The notes below the pieces were generated by a model. That model searched no databases and was not told where the DNA came from. It was given only the letters and a program-made list of their open reading frames with translations. Below are positions 62,611-64,000 of a DNA stretch of 64,000 nt, piece after piece (position 1 is the stretch's first letter; each line of letters opens with the position of its first letter). Both the position numbers and the translations under genes were made by a program. The stretch is taken from the NCBI GenBank assembly GCA_030673875.2, contig JAUTCT020000132.1:29080-93079 (forward strand). Reading direction: 5' to 3'. This DNA comes from Verrucomicrobiota bacterium JB025. Lineage in GTDB: Bacteria > Verrucomicrobiota > Verrucomicrobiia > Verrucomicrobiales > Akkermansiaceae.

Positions 62611-63836
62611 CGCTCAGTCGTCGTTTTGTTACGGGATCCTCCCGCCAGATAAATCCCCAGCTTGGTCAGAAACGTCACCAGCATGCCGAACGTCACCACA
62701 TACAGGCTGTATTCCGGCCACTTGTCCGCCGGGTTCTTCACCACCTCGAAAACCGAATACATGCGCTGTCCCGGCCCCGCCCCGGGTGGTCCGTAGCTCG
62801 CCTGGAAAAACGTCAGCCCCGCGTGCCGCATCGGCTCGTTCATCTGGATGGTCACATCCACCTCGCCACCGTCTTCGATCCGCGCCACCTCGCTCACGAA
62901 CTTCGCCGGCTTCATCGTTCCGGGGTGGAATTTCGCATGAAACTTGTCCAGCCGCAGCTTGAACGGCATCGACCACAGCCTCTTCCGCATGTCCACCGTG
63001 AACACCCGGTCGCCGGACTTCACGGAAAACGGATGGAAGCTCGCACCCGCCAGAATGAACGGCTCGCCCTTGTTGCCGTCCGCATCCACCAGCCGGACAT
63101 AACAGCCCGCCGTGTTCGCCTCGGCATTCTTCTCGCCCGGCCTCTCCATCAGGTAATAACCATCCGTAACCAGTTCCCCGGTCGCCGGCGCGCGCTCGGT
63201 GATCCCCACCGGCACCGCATTCGTCAGATACCCGCCGATCTCCAGATCGAACGGCAGCGACTCGAAACGGAAAATCCGCGTCCGCCCATCGACCAAATCG
63301 GTCAACTCGTCCCCCCGGATCACCTGGAAATCCCTCTGCTCGCCATCGACCACTTCCGCCACCTCCACCACGTATTCAAAGTAATCCTCCGCCGCATCGC
63401 AGGTCTCACCCTCGCCCACCGCCATGTTCCCGCGCTCCGAAAAATGATGCGCCACCCCGCCCGCCACCAGCATGAAGATGATCCCGAGATGCGAAATCAG
63501 ATTCCCCACGTGCTTCCACCCTTTGCGGATCCGGATCACGCCGCCGAGCGTCATGTTCACCAGCAGCAGCGCCCCCGTCCAATACCCGCCCGGAATCGGC
63601 ACCGGAACCATCCGCCCGTTGATCTCCGGAAGCAGGAAAACCGACTTCCAGTGGAAATACTTCCGCAGCGTCGGATACAGCCCGGCATCAATCTGCTCCA
63701 GCGTCGCCAGCCACGTCAGCAGACCCAGCAACAACAACAACACCGTCGCCAGACCATAACCGGACAGGAAATCAAACACCCTCCCCGCCATCGACCGGGC
63801 GGACATCACTTGCTTTTCAGTTTCAGACGCGTCCAT
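62607..63836 (-). CDS. resB: Cytochrome c biogenesis protein ResB/CcsB family
   Basis: N-terminal TMs (LATLEQ; SHLGIIFMLVAG with conserved His), IQMNEPMRHAGLTFFQASY and VKNPADKWPEY. ATGA overlap with ccsA. Confidence 0.8.
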   Translation of the reverse strand: MDASETEKQVMSARSMAGRVFDFLSGYGLATVLLLLLGLLTWLATLEQIDAGLYPTLRKYFHWKSVFLLPEINGRMVPVPIPGGYWTGALLLVNMTLGGVIRIRKGWKHVGNLISHLGIIFMLVAGGVAHHFSERGNMAVGEGETCDAAEDYFEYVVEVAEVVDGEQRDFQVIRGDELTDLVDGRTRIFRFESLPFDLEIGGYLTNAVPVGITERAPATGELVTDGYYLMERPGEKNAEANTAGCYVRLVDADGNKGEPFILAGASFHPFSVKSGDRVFTVDMRKRLWSMPFKLRLDKFHAKFHPGTMKPAKFVSEVARIEDGGEVDVTIQMNEPMRHAGLTFFQASYGPPGAGPGQRMYSVFEVVKNPADKWPEYSLYVVTFGMLVTFLTKLGIYLAGGSRNKTTTER

Positions 63837-63863
63837 CAATATTCTCCCTCTAGATACCCGGAA

Positions 63864-63998
63864 TCACTCGGCAAGTTTCAACCCGGCGGCAAATTTTCTC
63901 AGCGCCTCCCGCTCACCCTCCACCTCGGCCTGCGGCCCCACCATCTTCACCGTCACGATCCGTCCACCGACCTCGGCGATCACCCCCGCCAGACCATA
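63864..63998 (-). CDS. 3' end of a hypothetical protein truncated by the window edge, upstream of resB
   Basis: Open frame YGLAGVIAEVGGRIVTVKMVGPQAEVEGEREALRKFAAGLKLAE* ending 27 nt before resB. Confidence 0.6.
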   Translation of the reverse strand, partial: YGLAGVIAEVGGRIVTVKMVGPQAEVEGEREALRKFAAGLKLAE

Positions 63999-64000
63999 CC

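Overview
This GC-rich bacterial window most likely comes from a Verrucomicrobiota genome (Haloferula/Luteolibacter-like). That is an inference from the passenger-repeat (PATR) surface proteins, Cys-type sulfatases, the ECF-sigma/kinase pair and the large CcsA. No rRNA, tRNA, CRISPR array, transposase or integrase was recognised. Left accessory block (about 1-26.5 kb): satP, then a 7-gene minus-strand cluster of secreted enzymes (GH36-like, GH30-like, sulfatase, GH35, GH2, sulfatase with an exact F-type fucose-lectin motif, GH2) with no SusC/D or other transporter. Next come two divergent paralogous PATR beta-strand-repeat proteins that share a C-terminal domain, lack a beta-barrel, and flank a perfect 16-bp inverted repeat. 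These are followed by an ECF sigma factor translationally coupled to a membrane Ser/Thr kinase with a WNK-like active site (GRGGMK glycine loop, beta3 VALA instead of VAxK), a heptamer tandem repeat upstream of the sigma gene, and an AraC regulator. Right block (26.7-64 kb) is mostly core genome: ROK-kbl-tdh, a GNAT/P-loop fusion, thrH, mscS, Prx-like/MFS/LysR, recN, ECF-antisigma-PDZ, an orphan clan-A GH, nadB, bioD, rsmB, an IolE-like protein, a class IV aminotransferase, GH75, dnaX-ybaB, EEP, a Cys-rich protein, a Tat alkaline phosphatase, glgA, DUF255 and resB-ccsA. The best candidate for an undescribed system is the ECF sigma / WNK-like kinase-LRR module beside the PATR pair and the sulfated-glycan cluster. 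All family assignments come from motif recognition by eye; no database search was run.
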